A stretch of DNA of 63,996 nucleotides, filler included, from Basidioascus undulatus (GCA_000826855.1; 4 parts of 4 records of this genome joined end to end with filler, not necessarily neighbours in it), one strand, 5' to 3'; positions 13,259 to 26,280 are shown, counted from the whole stretch's first letter. Made by a program: numbers and translations. Notes: generated by a model from the sequence alone, not told the origin.

Positions 13259-16200
13259 TGCGTGTGTTGTACCTGATGGGAAGAGGGTGAGGGTCTAATG
13301 TGAGAGTTGGCTTGGTGAGGATGTTGAGAGAGCGTGTGGGCAGAGTGCCTAAGAGCTATCAATACAGGATAGTATCACGATAAAATGAGATGAGAGGAAG
13401 TGAAGAGGAGGGAGCGAGGTCAACTTGCTCGGCTTCTTGTAGTTGCGGCCAAACAAAGACGCAGATGTAGGAACAAGAATGAAGACAAAGGATCGCTCTG
13501 CTGCGCAAAGCTGCGCAGACACTTGGCAGACAATAACGAAAGGTGCAAATGATCGACAAAAGCGAGATACGGAACTGAGGCCTGGCCGTGAGCGGGGCAA
13601 ACAGCAACGGGGCAGCGGCTGCGGACGCGACCCATTTGCTGGAAAACCCACAAAAACCACTCCATGTCATGTGCACAAAGCTAGAGGCGATTTTGAGGCT
13701 TTTACTTTATGCGCCAAATGAAATGAAAGCTGCAGTGAGCTGAAGGGCAAGCCCTTCAATAACAACGCGAAAACCGTCTGATTCTTGGGAAGCGCTGGTA
13801 GGAACAGTACGGCATCCTCCGCCCGTACCTGTACCTGCTGCGAAATCTTCTCAGGAGTTTGTTTATCCTCGACAACTACACAGATTTGAAATTATAGTCT
13901 CAGTCGATTGCCGACCGGCCGGGCGGAGTACGGCTCAGCTGCGCCGCGGTCCGCAACCAACATGGGCGGTATATGCATCGGGACGGGGGTGGATGTTACA
14001 GAATGCACTCGTGTGACCGCTTCGTCCGGTCGAGAGTAGCAAGGAACGGAAGTTCAAAAGTACATTACTTACAAGGTACTTTAAATTCCCATAACACATG
14101 GAGGGAGAAAGGTATCGTTGAGTCTTGAGAAAAGGGAAGAGGGGCGACTGCTGGTCCGCACTGAAAACAGGTACATGTCCCGCCGTCGGTGCCTTTAACC
14201 CTGCTGCGAGCGGGCAAATACATGCTCTGGAAGGCTGTGGGCCTCAGTCCCACGGACCTTTCTCCTCTGGGAATTGGAACTTGGGAACCGGAGCTTGCTC
14301 AACCCTGCTCCAGAGGGGGTGCTGAGGACAAGCGGAAGGCCCTTAGGCCACCGCCTTCTGCACTGTGCTCAGAGACTGACATGCGACTGTTGTTGCATGG
14401 AATCTTCCTTGATCAATAAGCATGTCCGTTAGACCGAGTATAAGGGAGAAAACGGAAGCTACGAAGATGGACCACCTGCTCACATCCAAGTTACCTGCTA
14501 CCACTGCGCAAACATCATCAACTGCGTTCCCACAACCAGGAGACATGTGCTTCTAAGCAATATCAGCTAGGGATACTCAGTAATTTTAATTATGGGATGA
14601 AGGACTTCAGTCCGCGTACGTGGGCAATTCTACTGCACACCTTCACAGCTTCAGATGCAGTGTCGAAAATCGACCATCATGTAAAGTTAATTGAGCCTGC
14701 CAGTATTGCTGAGAGGTGTTTGCCAGGATCATATAGTGTCAAATCTCTTCGAATCTCGAATCTTCTTTTCGTGAAGTATGGAATTGTATCGAACCACGTA
14801 GACAGTCAAGATCCATCCGTCGAATCAGGAATCAGCTAGCCAAGCGGTCTTCGAGACCGACCCAAAGTATCGGCGGGGGGCTTGTTTAGCTACTGGAAAA
14901 AAAGGGGAGGCCAGTATGCACGTACCCATGCTTCGCTGCAGGACCAGTTTTCAGATGGTGGGAGCCCGAGTAGGCTATGGATTCGAAGCCGTTACAGTAA
15001 GTAGTCGCCAAGGCCTGCAACGCGATGCATTTCAGACGTAGGTGGCCGTCCTTGCTAGAGGTATGAGCATAAAGTTGAGAAGCTTGGACGTGAGGATTCT
15101 CCTCGACTTTACATCCCCCTGGTGCACACACACTCTTACACGCTATTTCGAAGTGCTGAATGGCAGTGTTTTTCAGCTCCCTCTGCACTGCAGACTGTCC
15201 ATGCCGCCCGCCCTCTGCTGGTTCAAGTGCACGCGGCCAATCTCATGAGTCTTTTGCCTTGAGATGCATGCCCATTGCCGTTGTTCATTCTCCAGGGACA
15301 GGGGCAGCTCACTGCACTCAGTCGACCGACATCGGCGCCTTCCCCGCCGGGGCCAGCGCCGGGAGCCCACACGCAGCTGTCTGCGACTCCGCGCTCACTC
15401 TCGCACTGCGTTTGTACCCCCAGCTTGAGATGATCATCAATAAGGAGCGACCAAGTGTTCAGGGCCGGAGGGATCGCCAAAGAGGGATCGGATCGTCAAG
15501 GAACACGGACGAGAGATCGAGGAAAAGCGCTATAGAAACGATGTGTTCACGTTGGCTCAACTGTTCGCGGGGCCGTTGCTGAGCCCCGGGAGGACTCCAA
15601 CCACCATGAGGTCAGTCGCTGCGCAGTCCATATTGGCGTCTCCAACGCATGCACACATCCACTTGGCACATTGACCTCCCGCCCATCCCCAACAGACTGA
15701 CAGCGATAAATATTTCAACAGTAAACACGGCGAATGCCTGCTTCGTGATCCTTCCGGGTGGAAAGATGGCGGAGGCAGGCCCGGATGAGGGAGTCAGAGC
15801 AGCACGCACGTTCAAACGTCGGGCTCGAGAGGAGTGGTGGCGCGGGCTCGCGCGAGGGGCGCCACTCGGCACCGCCCGGCCGATGCTTTGGGGGAAAGTG
15901 GGGTTCCATGTGGGTCGCGGTGTTGTTGCTTGGTTTGAAGGGGTCGACGATCAGGCTGCAGCAGGGAAGATTGCAGCGAACAGGCAATGAAAAATTTGTT
16001 AGAAATATACTTGATCTGCATGAATCAACTGAAAAAATAACAGAGGTAGAGCGGGAAGAAACGGTGAAAGCTGCGAAAGTGGCGATGACGTGCGGCGGGC
16101 GGGGCGACGGGGAGCACCTCGACGGTGGACAATCAGAGCGAGCGTCTTCTCTCCACAGCAGCACATCAGCTCCTCTCGCTCTCTCCCTTGAACCACCACC

Positions 16201-16314
16201 ACCTCCTCCCCGCGCCTGCAAAACAGCCCCCAATCCCCTTGGGCATATTCCCCTTCCTTTTTCTCCGATCAAACTCCACGGCGCGCCTAGTCGATCAACC
16301 TGCACCTCCCCCGC

Positions 16315-16414
16315 NNNNNNNNNNNNNNNNNNNNNNNNNNNNNNNNNNNNNNNNNNNNTTAATTAATTAANNNNNNNNNNNNNNNNNNNNNNNNNNNNNN
16401 NNNNNNNNNNNNNN
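16315..16414. other. Artificial contig spacer N44-TTAATTAATTAA-N44
   Basis: Palindromic 12-mer with stops in all six frames at 16359-16370, flanked by 44 Ns on each side. Confidence 0.98.
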
Positions 16415-17739
16415 ATTGTGGAGCTGCGCGTTAGAGTGGCACGCGGCGGAGGGGGGGGAGGGAAGAAAAGACGTACCGCCCGAGTGTTGCGGACCGTCTG
16501 AGGGCGCGCGGGTGTCCCAGACGCGGATGCCTGATTCCCCAAACAATGCCATCAGACAACCGCCCAAGAACACAAGAAGGAAAGTGGTAGGATGGAGGGG
16601 AAAGGCGGAAGCAACGCACTCCCATCCCTCGATGCCGTACACAGCAGCGCCTCGTTGCTCGGATCCCAAGCAATGTGCTTGACGCTGCTCGTGTGCCCCC
16701 CCAAGACGGAGAGGAGCGTCTGCGTCGCGCCGTCGAACAGGTGCACGCGCTGGTCGCCGGAGGCGGTGGCCTGCGCGTCCCCGAGGTTGCACGGGTTAGT
16801 TCTCCGGGCTGGGGGAAGGAGTGGGAGGGAGGGAAGAGGGAAGGGGACGGACCAAAAGACGGTCGGAGGGCGAGAACTTGAGGTCGAAGATTGCGTTTTC
16901 GTGCGCTTGGAAGGAGGCGCGTGTGCGGGCTGTCCAAACACGCATGACGTTCAGAACTGGGGTTTTTGGAAAGAGAAGGATGGGGAAACAAGGAGGAAGA
17001 GAAAGGGGAAAGGGATGCAACGCACGTTCGTCTGAATCTAGCCCCGCATCAATGAGCGTCACCACGCCCTCCTCGTCCGCGATCGCGAGGACGTTTTCTC
17101 CCCCGCGTTGCGCATCTGTCCCGTCAGCGCCTCGTCAGCACCGCTCGCAAAGAGCGGGAGGGCAGGGGGGGGGAAGGAAGCGAGGGACGCACCGTTCGTG
17201 AACGCGCATGCAAAAGGCGGGGCAAAGTGCCTGTCCGGGTGAGTGGACGGGATCCGGAAGACGTCCGTGCCGTTGTTGGATACCATGCTCCTCAGATACA
17301 CGCCCGCCGTAGCCACTGCTTCCCAACGTTTCAGCACCACCCTCCACTACCACCCGGACCGGGGAGCAGACGCACCTTGGCTGGGCAGCACGCGCCTCCC
17401 CTCCCGAAGCGCGTCCACGGCGCCCAAGAACCCCATGCCCGCCACCGGCCGGACCGCACGCCGTCGCATGCGCGGCTCCCCCACCTTCTGCCCCTCCTCT
17501 TCACCGTCCTCCTCCCCCTCCGCCTTGCGGCGCCGCGGCGCAAAGAACGCGCGGTCGAGCGTGAGGTGCACGCGCGCCTTCTTCCTTGGCGGGACAAAGT
17601 CGGAAGCGTTCTCCTCGTCGAGAAGGGTGGGGCTGGACGGACGCGCGAGAGTGGAGCGCGGGGAGGAGGGAGGCGCGTCGGCGTCTAAGTCGTCATTCAG
17701 GAGAGGATGCAGGATCCGGCGGGGGAGCGGGGAGGACAT
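16415..17739 (-). CDS. cdt2: Cdt2/DTL-like WD40 substrate receptor of CRL4, 3' truncated at contig edge
   Basis: PPFACAF, LAIADEEG, HENAIFDLKFSPSDRLL, ATASGDQ, HTSSVKHIAWDP, CTASRDG and IRVWDTR match the Cdt2 WD40 series. Confidence 0.85.
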
Positions 17740-18375
17740 GGGGGGGGCAGGAAGGTATGGAGGGGTATGCGGGTTGGGTATCGCGGTTGGATGCAAGGAA
17801 GGACAGAGAGAGGAGAGGATGCAGGATGCAGGATGAGGATGGGACGCAAGCGAGAGGACGACGCGAGGCCACTTTGTCAACCGCGCGTCGAGATCGAGAC
17901 GCGTCCGAAATGACGCATCGTTGATTATCGCGCTCGGTTGGGCTCTTTCACCTGCACGAGTCGCAGGGAAAGAGCAAGAATGTGCAGAAACTCCAGAAAG
18001 AGTTTTCTGGTAGATAGCCTCTCCTTCGTGGGAGCGATGGAACAACGTGAGGAAGGGACAGTCGCCGTTGAAAGCAGCTGCGCCGCAAGTTAAGGTCGAG
18101 TAGTCGAGTACGTTGCGCGTTGCTGCCGTTCGACACATCGGAGAAAACCAAACTGGAAGGCATGGAACTCGGTTGTAAGAATGACATAGCCGTATACTGC
18201 CTGTATACTGCCCAAAGAGCGCAGTAAGCAAGTGCTGAAGGGTACACGCCAGCGCCGTTTCACCTTCCTTCCGTTCCCGCCTTCCACCTTCTCATTCCGG
18301 CCTCTCCCTCCTCTCTTTCACCGCAACCCCCACCCCGTCCACCGACTATCTATCTCCCCCACTCCCGGACCCTCC

Positions 18376-19170
18376 ATGTCCCATCTCCCTCCCGCCGTCC
18401 TTTCGCATTTCGACCGCGCAGTCGACTACCTGGCGCGTTCACATTTCCCCTCCTCCCCCAACACGCTCGTCCCCCTCTTGTCCTCCTAGGAGCACCAGCG
18501 CCTTCATGAGCAGTTCTTTTAAAAACCAGAGATTGCAATACGCTCTCCCTTCCCCTCCTTCTTCTTCTTCTCCAGTCTGACACTCCCCAGGTATTCCCAC
18601 TGCGAGTACCACCACCCCCGGGGTGGTGCATCCTCACCCTCCGATGCTCGCCGATAAAAGGCTTCCTCGCCGATGCGCTCTCCCACTTGCTCTACGCGTT
18701 CCGCCACTTCTACCCCGCCCTGCGGGAGCGCCTCTCCCCCGCCTCGCGGGCCGAGCACCCCGCCCACGGGGCCCCTACGCCGGCTCTTCCAAGATCCCGG
18801 ACGCGGGGATCGCGGTGCAGGTGAAGCGGAGATGAAGGGATACGCGGGTAGTGCTGGAGGTTGCGGAAGGAGAAGGGATGGTGGAGTTAGTGGACGAGGA
18901 GGCGAGGGTGTGGCTATCTGGGACGGAGGTCAGGGTCGTTTTGCTCCTCCGGGTGGAGGAGGGAGGGTTATATGCGCCTCCGAGTGGGGAGAGGCGGGAG
19001 GGGGGGACGTGGGACTGGAGGGAGTTTAGGGGGTGTTTGTTCAGTCCGCAGCAGGATGAGGGGGAGGGGACAGAGGAGCCTTTGGGGAGGATTGGGTAGA
19101 GGGGCCATGTTTGGGCGCACCCGCTGGAGAGGTACCTGTCTCTGTGGAAGAGGGAGCGGAAATTTAGGGG
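18376..19170 (+). pseudogene. Decayed fungal Uma2-like PD-(D/E)xK nuclease-fold protein
   Basis: One frame reads GPYAGSSKIPDAGIAVQVKRR*RDTRVVLEVAEGEGMVELVDEEARVWLSGTEVRVVLLLRVEE...GRIG*RGHVWAHPLERYLSLWKR, with stops at 18833-18835 and 19097-19099. A further TAA at 18520-18522 and an apparently mutated donor (atacgc) near 18538. Confidence 0.55.
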
Positions 19171-20072
19171 ATGTACGGCGATGTTTTTGGGCTGGACTCC
19201 GTATACTCTAGATCTGCAGGTTCCATGGGCATCTCGCATGTGTGCTTGCCGAAGCTGTGCGGGACGTACGGAGGCGGACACCGCCGGCTGCATGCACTGA
19301 AAGCGATCTATGTGCAGCCGGATCTAGCTTATAGCATTTCAAAAGAGTCGCAAGATCAAGCCCCCACTTGGATCTGGTTCGGAGACCTCGACAGCGAAGC
19401 AGAGAACAAAGCACCTCGAATGTTCAAACAGACTGCCGGAAAAACAATTCTCTCGTCGCCCTGGCTGCTTCTGACTTGCACCTACACTCTAATAGTGCAC
19501 ACATATTTCCCGATTTCAGAAAAATTCCTACCGCATGTCGTGTTCATTGCCCGCAACATTCACTTGCACTGGCACCCCATCTCCCACAAACTCTTTCGAA
19601 ACTTCTCAGCTCCTCACGGTCCCGCTGCTCCATCGTCTTCCGTTGCCAGCCTCCGGCTACTGGCCCTCGAGTCTCAACTCATTCTTCCTCCAGTCCCACA
19701 CTCGACTATTAGGTGAATGAGGCTCCAGGTGGAAGTTGAGAGAGTGGCTTGTCGACATATCGCGGACCGTGGTGGGGATCAGCTGCGAGGCGAGTGCGAG
19801 GTTTCGGCAGTTGTCTGAGCAGGGAAGTTTCAACGGGTGGGAGGATGGCCGCAAGTACAAAGCGCCGTCCAGACGTCTCACCGTTTGCTACCATGTAGAC
19901 TGTATAGATGTACCATGTAGATGTAAACCAGTTGACTAGCACTGCTGCCACTGGGCCGAGTCCTATGTGCTCGAGAGCCGACAGGACGCGTTAGGTGAGG
20001 AACAGTCAGACGAAGTGCACACGGACGAGGTGCCTGTGGAAAGGAGCAAAAGAGAAGGAAAGGAAAAGAACA

Positions 20073-20144
20073 TTCCCCGTCCGGGAATCGAACCCGGGGC
20101 TGGGCGGTGAGAACACCCGATGTTAGCCACTACACCAACGAGGA
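20073..20144 (-). tRNA. tRNA-Glu(CTC), intronless
   Basis: 72-nt cloverleaf TCCTCGT...ACGGGGA-A, anticodon arm GGGTG-TTCTCAC-CGCCC, T-loop TTCGATT, short T tract downstream. Confidence 0.96.
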
Positions 20145-21274
20145 CATGCTTCGGTCTTGCTCCCCGTCGTCCGGGAGTGTACCTTCGAAATGGAAGGCAA
20201 GAGGCCGCTGTGATTAGGAGCAGCACTTCGAGCTTTGTTCTTTAAGTAGGCTATTGGCACATATGAACTGGGGAGTGAAAGTACCGGTGACTTTCCAGCG
20301 CGAGGAGATAGACGGCCGAAGTCGCCTGACGCAACGAAAGAAACGCGTAGCAGTGCGCGGCGGCACCGGCTGAATGTAGGGAATAGCGCCGATGGAATGA
20401 CCAGGCACCATTACCAGCACGACTCCAAGGACCAAACAAAAAGCGCTGACGTGGGTATTCGAAGGAAAAGACCCAAAGTGAGCGAAGGCACCCAAGAAAA
20501 CGAACGATACGCGCAGAGGAGCCTGAGAGAGGAATCAGAAGCAGTGCGTAGAGGCACCCGAACGAGAAAGCTGTTGAAGAACGCTCGAAGCGTATTGGTG
20601 GAGTCTGCTTGACGGAGTGAATGTCATGTCTAGCGAGTCTGCCAACGGAGGGCCAAGCAGTGGCGCAGAGGCACACTCACGAAGACAAACGCAGTACACA
20701 GAGCCACTCCCGTGAATAGCAATGGAGTGCTCAAAGGCATCAACAGAAGGAGAACGGAGTGCGCAGAGGCACCCCGGAAGAGAAGAAGAAGAAAGAATGG
20801 GCTCGGAGGCCCCGAAAGGGGAAGAACAAGCGGTAGTGCGCAGAGGCACCCCCTGTTGACGCGGTCGATTTTGAGGAGCGTCGATCGAGAATTCAAGGGG
20901 ATTAAGTGGAGAGGTGACAGAGACAAAAGAGGGGAGATCGGGGAAATCGCCACTCGATGGGGAGAGGGGAGCGAGGAACCGGATGAGGAACAAGAATGGC
21001 ACGCACAATGTGTGCTTGACTGCCACACCGCTCGTCGTTTCAGGGGTATACTTGACCATAATATTCGCCGAAAATTACATGGTCTTTCAGTAGACGGACT
21101 GTAGCGAGCTAGCAGGCCAAGGTGGCTGATCCATGAAAGGCTTGCCGATGATCGTTGCAGGTCGATTCATATTCGCAAGCCCTTTCCTAACTTTTGAGCC
21201 CACGACATCATGAAAACGTGTGGTATGTATAGGGTGTTTCGATGTTCCTATGTTGACTGCTTTGTCTAATAAAT

Positions 21275-22722
21275 CTACGAGAAGAAGTTCAGGTACACCT
21301 CCGCCAGCTTCTCCGGCAGTTCTGCGAACCATAGACAAAGATCAGCATGGCGACGTCTCCAAAAACAGAGTGGAGTTGTACGTACCTTCGGCGAGCTGGT
21401 GTCCTGCCGGGAGGAGCGTGAGGTTGACCTGTGTGGTGCACGTGCGTTAGCATGTACATATCCGAAGCCGTGCGTTTGGGACAGGAAGCAGTTGCACTCA
21501 CGTTCTCCGCGACCTCCTTCATCTGCCGCTCCGTGTCGGCACCAATGAACTCCTCTCCACCCACCGCGAGGACCGGCATGGGCAGCTTCTTCTTGGAGAG
21601 CTCGCGGTTCTGTTCGCCGCTTTGCATGGTGGCGCGGTAAATCTGGCACATGGACCGGCTGCTCAGGCGGTCGGACGTCAGCAATCGAAGACAGAACGCG
21701 CAGGAGTGGGCTAACGCACATCCCTGCCGGACCAGACTTTGTTTGGAATGCATCGAGTCAGCACTTCAAGTAGTGGTGGGAACAGGAAATCAGAAACGAC
21801 GCACGTAGCACCGAATGTACTCGTCCAACGCCTCCGGGGTAATCGCGGAGGGGTTGCGGGTTTCCCTCCGGATGAACCAGCTGAAGTACTCGCGCTCTCG
21901 CCCGGTGATGAGCAGCTCGGGGATACCCTGAATGCGTGCTGTTCAGCGAGCCTGACAGCCAAGGCACGGAGGATGACGCTCACCTGCGGGGTTGCGTAGA
22001 AGGCAACGTGCCTGGAAGCCAGCGTGAGCAATCGAGGTGATAGAAAATGTTTGGATGAACTCTAACATACCAGAGCCAAACAGAAGTGGCGACGTTGTCC
22101 GGCGTCAAGTGAGACTTCTCCTCCAGGCCGAACCTGCGCAAACCGCGCGAAGAGTGAGCACACGCATGCCATCTTTTGAAGAGAAAGCCGATTCACATAC
22201 CCCGGGAGGATCATTTCTTGGTAAACCAGTTTCTCGACCCGGTCGGGATGCCTTGCAGCAAGCTGGTACGCAACTGCAGCGCCCCACTGCACCGGCAAAA
22301 GTAAGCCTCAAGTACGGACTGAAGAACAGAAGATTGACGCACGTCTTCACCCGCCACGCCGTAACGCTTGTGCCCGAGGTGCTCCATAAGGAGTGCCACG
22401 TCCTCGCTCATCGTAGTCATGTCGTAACCCTCGGACGGCCTCTCAGAGTCGCCGATGCCGCGAATGTCGGGCGCGACGACAGTGAACTTGTGCGTCAGAA
22501 GAGGGATGACGAAGCGCCACTGCAAAGGGGAGCGAGTGCGTCAGACCAAAAAGAGTTGAAGAGAACTAGAGGAAGACTGACATGAGAAAGCGTCTTGGGG
22601 ATGCCATGAATGAGGCACAGCGCCGGACCAGAGCCGGCCGTAACGTAGTGGATGCGGAAGCCATTGACACGGACAAAGCCGTGCTCGACGGGCTTGCCGT
22701 TGTGATCGACGATGGTAACCAT
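21275..22722 (-). CDS. Alpha/beta-fold hydrolase, soluble epoxide hydrolase-like
   Basis: IHGIP oxyanion motif, APDIRGIGDS, nucleophile elbow GEDWGA, WHVAFY lid, QIYRA, catalytic His in AGHQLAEE; ends YLNFFS*. Confidence 0.9.
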
Positions 22723-23768
22723 GTTGAGCGATTTGAAAAAGGGTCAGTAGGGGTGTGGTGTCGACGAGGCAAGTGAGAAGATGAGGTCAAGAAGTGGGCG
22801 TTGCTGGCGTCCACGATCAAGACAAGCTAGTTATCATGTGCAGTTTCAAAGTGGAGGTGCGTCCCAAGCCAGCGAACCCTGCAATGAACCTCTTGCTGAC
22901 ATGCATACCACAACCACCAACTCCGAATTTCTACGTACATACTGATACCCAACAGAGCTTCGGAGGTGTTGAGGTTCAGGGCCGATCAAAGCACCGGAGG
23001 ATCCTGAGGCGGCCAGGCGGCGTTCGACGCCCACCCCGACGATGCGTTCTTTTCTGTGAAGGTCAGGCGACTGCAGCCAGAGACTGCCGGATGAAAGATA
23101 CTTACAGAGCGGGCTGTAAGGCGGAGTTCCGCTTTCGGAGTCGGAGTTCGGGTTGCTTTGCCATTGAAGGCTTGCAGCTAGGTTGTGTGGAGCTGCAAGC
23201 AGTTCGAAGCGACGGCTATGTACGAGCAGTGACAAATAGCCTAATGTTGATAAGGCTGATCGCCTAGTCTGGAAGAGCCTCTCCAAGTTGCTCCAAGCAC
23301 TGTCAGAACTTGTAAACGGCCGCGAGTAGCGCAATGACTGCACTGTTTGTAGCACCGCACCACACCGGATAAACGGTTTGACCCAAACTGCTGACCGAGA
23401 AGGCAAATCAACGTGTGTATCAGTTCAAAGTTTCCCTTGCAAATGGCAGAGCAGAGTCAAGCAGACGGCTGTACAACGCGGGTTTCGTCGGTCCATCGCT
23501 GAAGGCACAAACTCACTCAGGGTCCCGCCGAAGGGCTCCGCTACTCCGCCTGGGCTCCGCGGGGTGGAGGTATGGTGCCCCTGTGGGATCCCGCATTCAG
23601 AAATGAGGGGAAAGTCATCGAACTGTACACTGTCAGGGGCCGGCCCAAGTTCCCGGAGCAGTTATACCCCTGGCTGTACATCTGCGATCGCTGTTCGACC
23701 CACCTCTTGCTGCTCGACCACCCGCTACGCACGACTTTTCGACTTCAGCAATCAACGTATTTCCCGCC

Positions 23769-26280
23769 ATGTCCAAGGAATTCGCCCCTTGGAAACGGTT
23801 CTCGAGCTGGACTGTCATTACCAGCCTCAATGTGTTGGCGGGCTGCGCGCTCTTCTTCGAGGTGAGTCGCCTTGTGCTTCCCATCGCAACGGCTGGGCGG
23901 TTGCTGACGAATCTGTGCTTCTCATCTAGGGATGGAATCAGGTGTGCTGCTCGTATTGTTATTGGTGATGTCTCAGCTCACAGCATACACTTTACAGGGT
24001 GTGATGGGAGGCGTGAATGGGACACCTGAATACATCAACACCGTCGACATCGGCTCCAATGGGACAATCACCAACGTCACGAGACAAGGCGGTACGTCTT
24101 CGTTCCATATCGTCAGCGGCCCTTGATACCATGCACACCTTTACGTCTAGGTATTGTCAGCGTCTGTATGCCTTCTTCCGAGTCTTCATGATCTTGAACA
24201 TCGCTGACGCCTTCATGAATCTGACAGACTACTTCGGCGCTGTCTTTGGAGCCCTCTTCTCAGGATGGCTGTCCGACAAGATAGGGAGGAAGCGGGGTCT
24301 CTTTTTCGGCTCTCTATGGTACGTTCGAGTATCAGCATGCAGTTGAATCCGGGAACTCAGCAACTCAGCAACCAGGTGTATGCTCGGCGCTGCGCTTATG
24401 AGTGCAGCTCAGAACGGTAACTGGATGATCTGTGCTCGCGTTATTACCGGTACGTCTCACAATCAGCCGTGGCATCTCTGGTAGATAGACTGACAGCTCC
24501 TGCAGGCTTTGGGACCGGTCACCTCAACTGCATCACTCCTGCGCTGGTCGCCGAGACGAGCGAAACGCACACTCGTGGACGCAGCATCGCTCTGACTTTC
24601 CTGGCGAACTACATGTATCTTGCGATGGTTGCATGACCATTGTTTGGCTTGAACTCACTGAAATTGGCTTCCTACAGCGGGATCGTAGTGGTCTACTGGC
24701 TCCAGGTAAAGTTGCAGTTCTCTCGCACGACTGACAGACTGACGGCGGCGCTGAACTTCATGTCTATTCCCCAGTTCGGTCTTCGTTGGGTGGACGGCCC
24801 CTTCCGCTGGCGCTTCCCGCTCGCTACGATGGTTATGTACGTAAGATCCTCTACAAGCGCGCGACACACTGACACTTGGGCATGCACTCAGCACCCCACT
24901 CATTCTCGCGATCGGGATCTTCTGCGTTCCCGAAAGTCCCCGCTGGCTCGTTAAGGAGGGTCGCATTGAGGAGGCTCTTGAAGTCGTCTGCAAGCTGCGC
25001 GGCGACGCCCCACCAACAGACGCGGGTGTCCAGGCGGAGATGGCCGAGATGCAGACGAGCGTCGAGAAGGCCCGGGAGATGGCCGCCAGCCAGTCTCTCT
25101 TCAAGATGGCATTCGGCATCGGCAGTGGCAAGCTCCACCTTGGCCGGCGGACGTTCTTGGCTATTGGCGTGATGATCGTGAGTAGACAGTGCCTTTTGAA
25201 CTATTGGGCAAGTCGCTGACTGGAATGAACAGTTGATGGAATGGACGGGAGTGCTCGCTATCACAGTCTGTGCGCTCTCGTGGACCCTCTATTCACACTG
25301 TACCAGCCCGAGCTCACTGTCCGAAACAGATGCCAACAACCTCTTCGCAATCGCGGGTTACGATACCACAAAGGCAGCATGGCTTTCGGGTCTCTGCAAC
25401 ACGATGTGCGTGGACAGCACTTCTTTCAAAGCACCAGGGATTGAGATTTTCCACAGCGGTATCCTCGGCACGCTGGCCGCTGCGTACACGATCGACCTTC
25501 TTGGTCGACGTCAGCTTCTGTTCATCGGCGCGATCATCCAAAGCATCGCACTTTTCCTAGTTGTAAGCCGGTCGAAGTCGCTTTCTTCAGCACCTGCTCA
25601 TTTTCCTCCGGGTTACAGGGCGGCTTCGCTGCAGGCGCGAAGAGCCACCCCGACAAGGCCGCTGCGTTCGGTGCAGCCAGCGCTACGATGTTGTTCATCT
25701 TCACGTTCTTTTTCGCCGCGACGTGGCTGCAGGTCGCGTTCACCTGTGAGTACTTCCCATACAGGCACAGAGCACAATCGTTGACACTGTCGACACCTAG
25801 ACCCTGCCGAGATCTGGCCCACTGGTAAGGGTTTCGTCATTTCTAATATTAGTGGGTGAGCATGGCCAATAACCCTCATAACTCTTGAACGCAGAGATGC
25901 GCGCCAAGGGCAACTCCTTCGGTGTCGTAGGGTGGGCGATCGGCTGTGGCTGGACAACGTTGCTGATCCCGATCATGTTCGACAACCTGGGGGAGAAGAC
26001 TCTTTATGTCTTCGGCGCCCTGAAGTGAGCCTGTTCTCTCCTCTTTTACCTCCCGCAGCAAATCTGAATGTGCCATCGCAGCGCCGCCATGATTCCCGTC
26101 GTCTACGCGCTGTTCCCCGAGACGAGCGGACGCAGTCTCGAGTCGATAAACTACCTGTTCGCCTCGCGGTCGCCGTTCGTGTGGGAGGAGGAGAAAGAGT
26201 TCACACGGCTTATGGCGGAGGCCGAGAGCGAAGGGAGGGTCAAGGAGGTGTTTGTCGAGAACGAGAAGCTCTCCGCATGA
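23769..26280 (+). CDS. MFS sugar porter family transporter (many short exons)
   Basis: FEGWNQGVMGG, SDKIGRKRG, ARVITGFGTG, WRFPL, PESPRWL, IDLLGRRQL, YPAEIWPTEMRAKG, PETSGRSLE; stop TGA at 26278-26280. Confidence 0.93.

Noticed and set aside
14255..14325. tRNA-like remnant on the minus strand
   Set aside because: A partial acceptor-like stem only; too short, with no anticodon arm or proper T-arm.
15758..16314. 202-aa ORF running into the gap
   Set aside because: No recognisable motif and mixed composition; cannot be supported as a gene.
16359..16370. TTAATTAATTAA palindrome recurring about every 16.4 kb, as a biological repeat or recombination site
   Set aside because: Always embedded in exactly 44+44 Ns and encodes stops in all six frames; it is an assembly linker.
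20073..20144. tRNA-Glu copies as a SINE family
   Set aside because: Similarity stops at the tRNA ends; no shared body, tail or target-site duplication.
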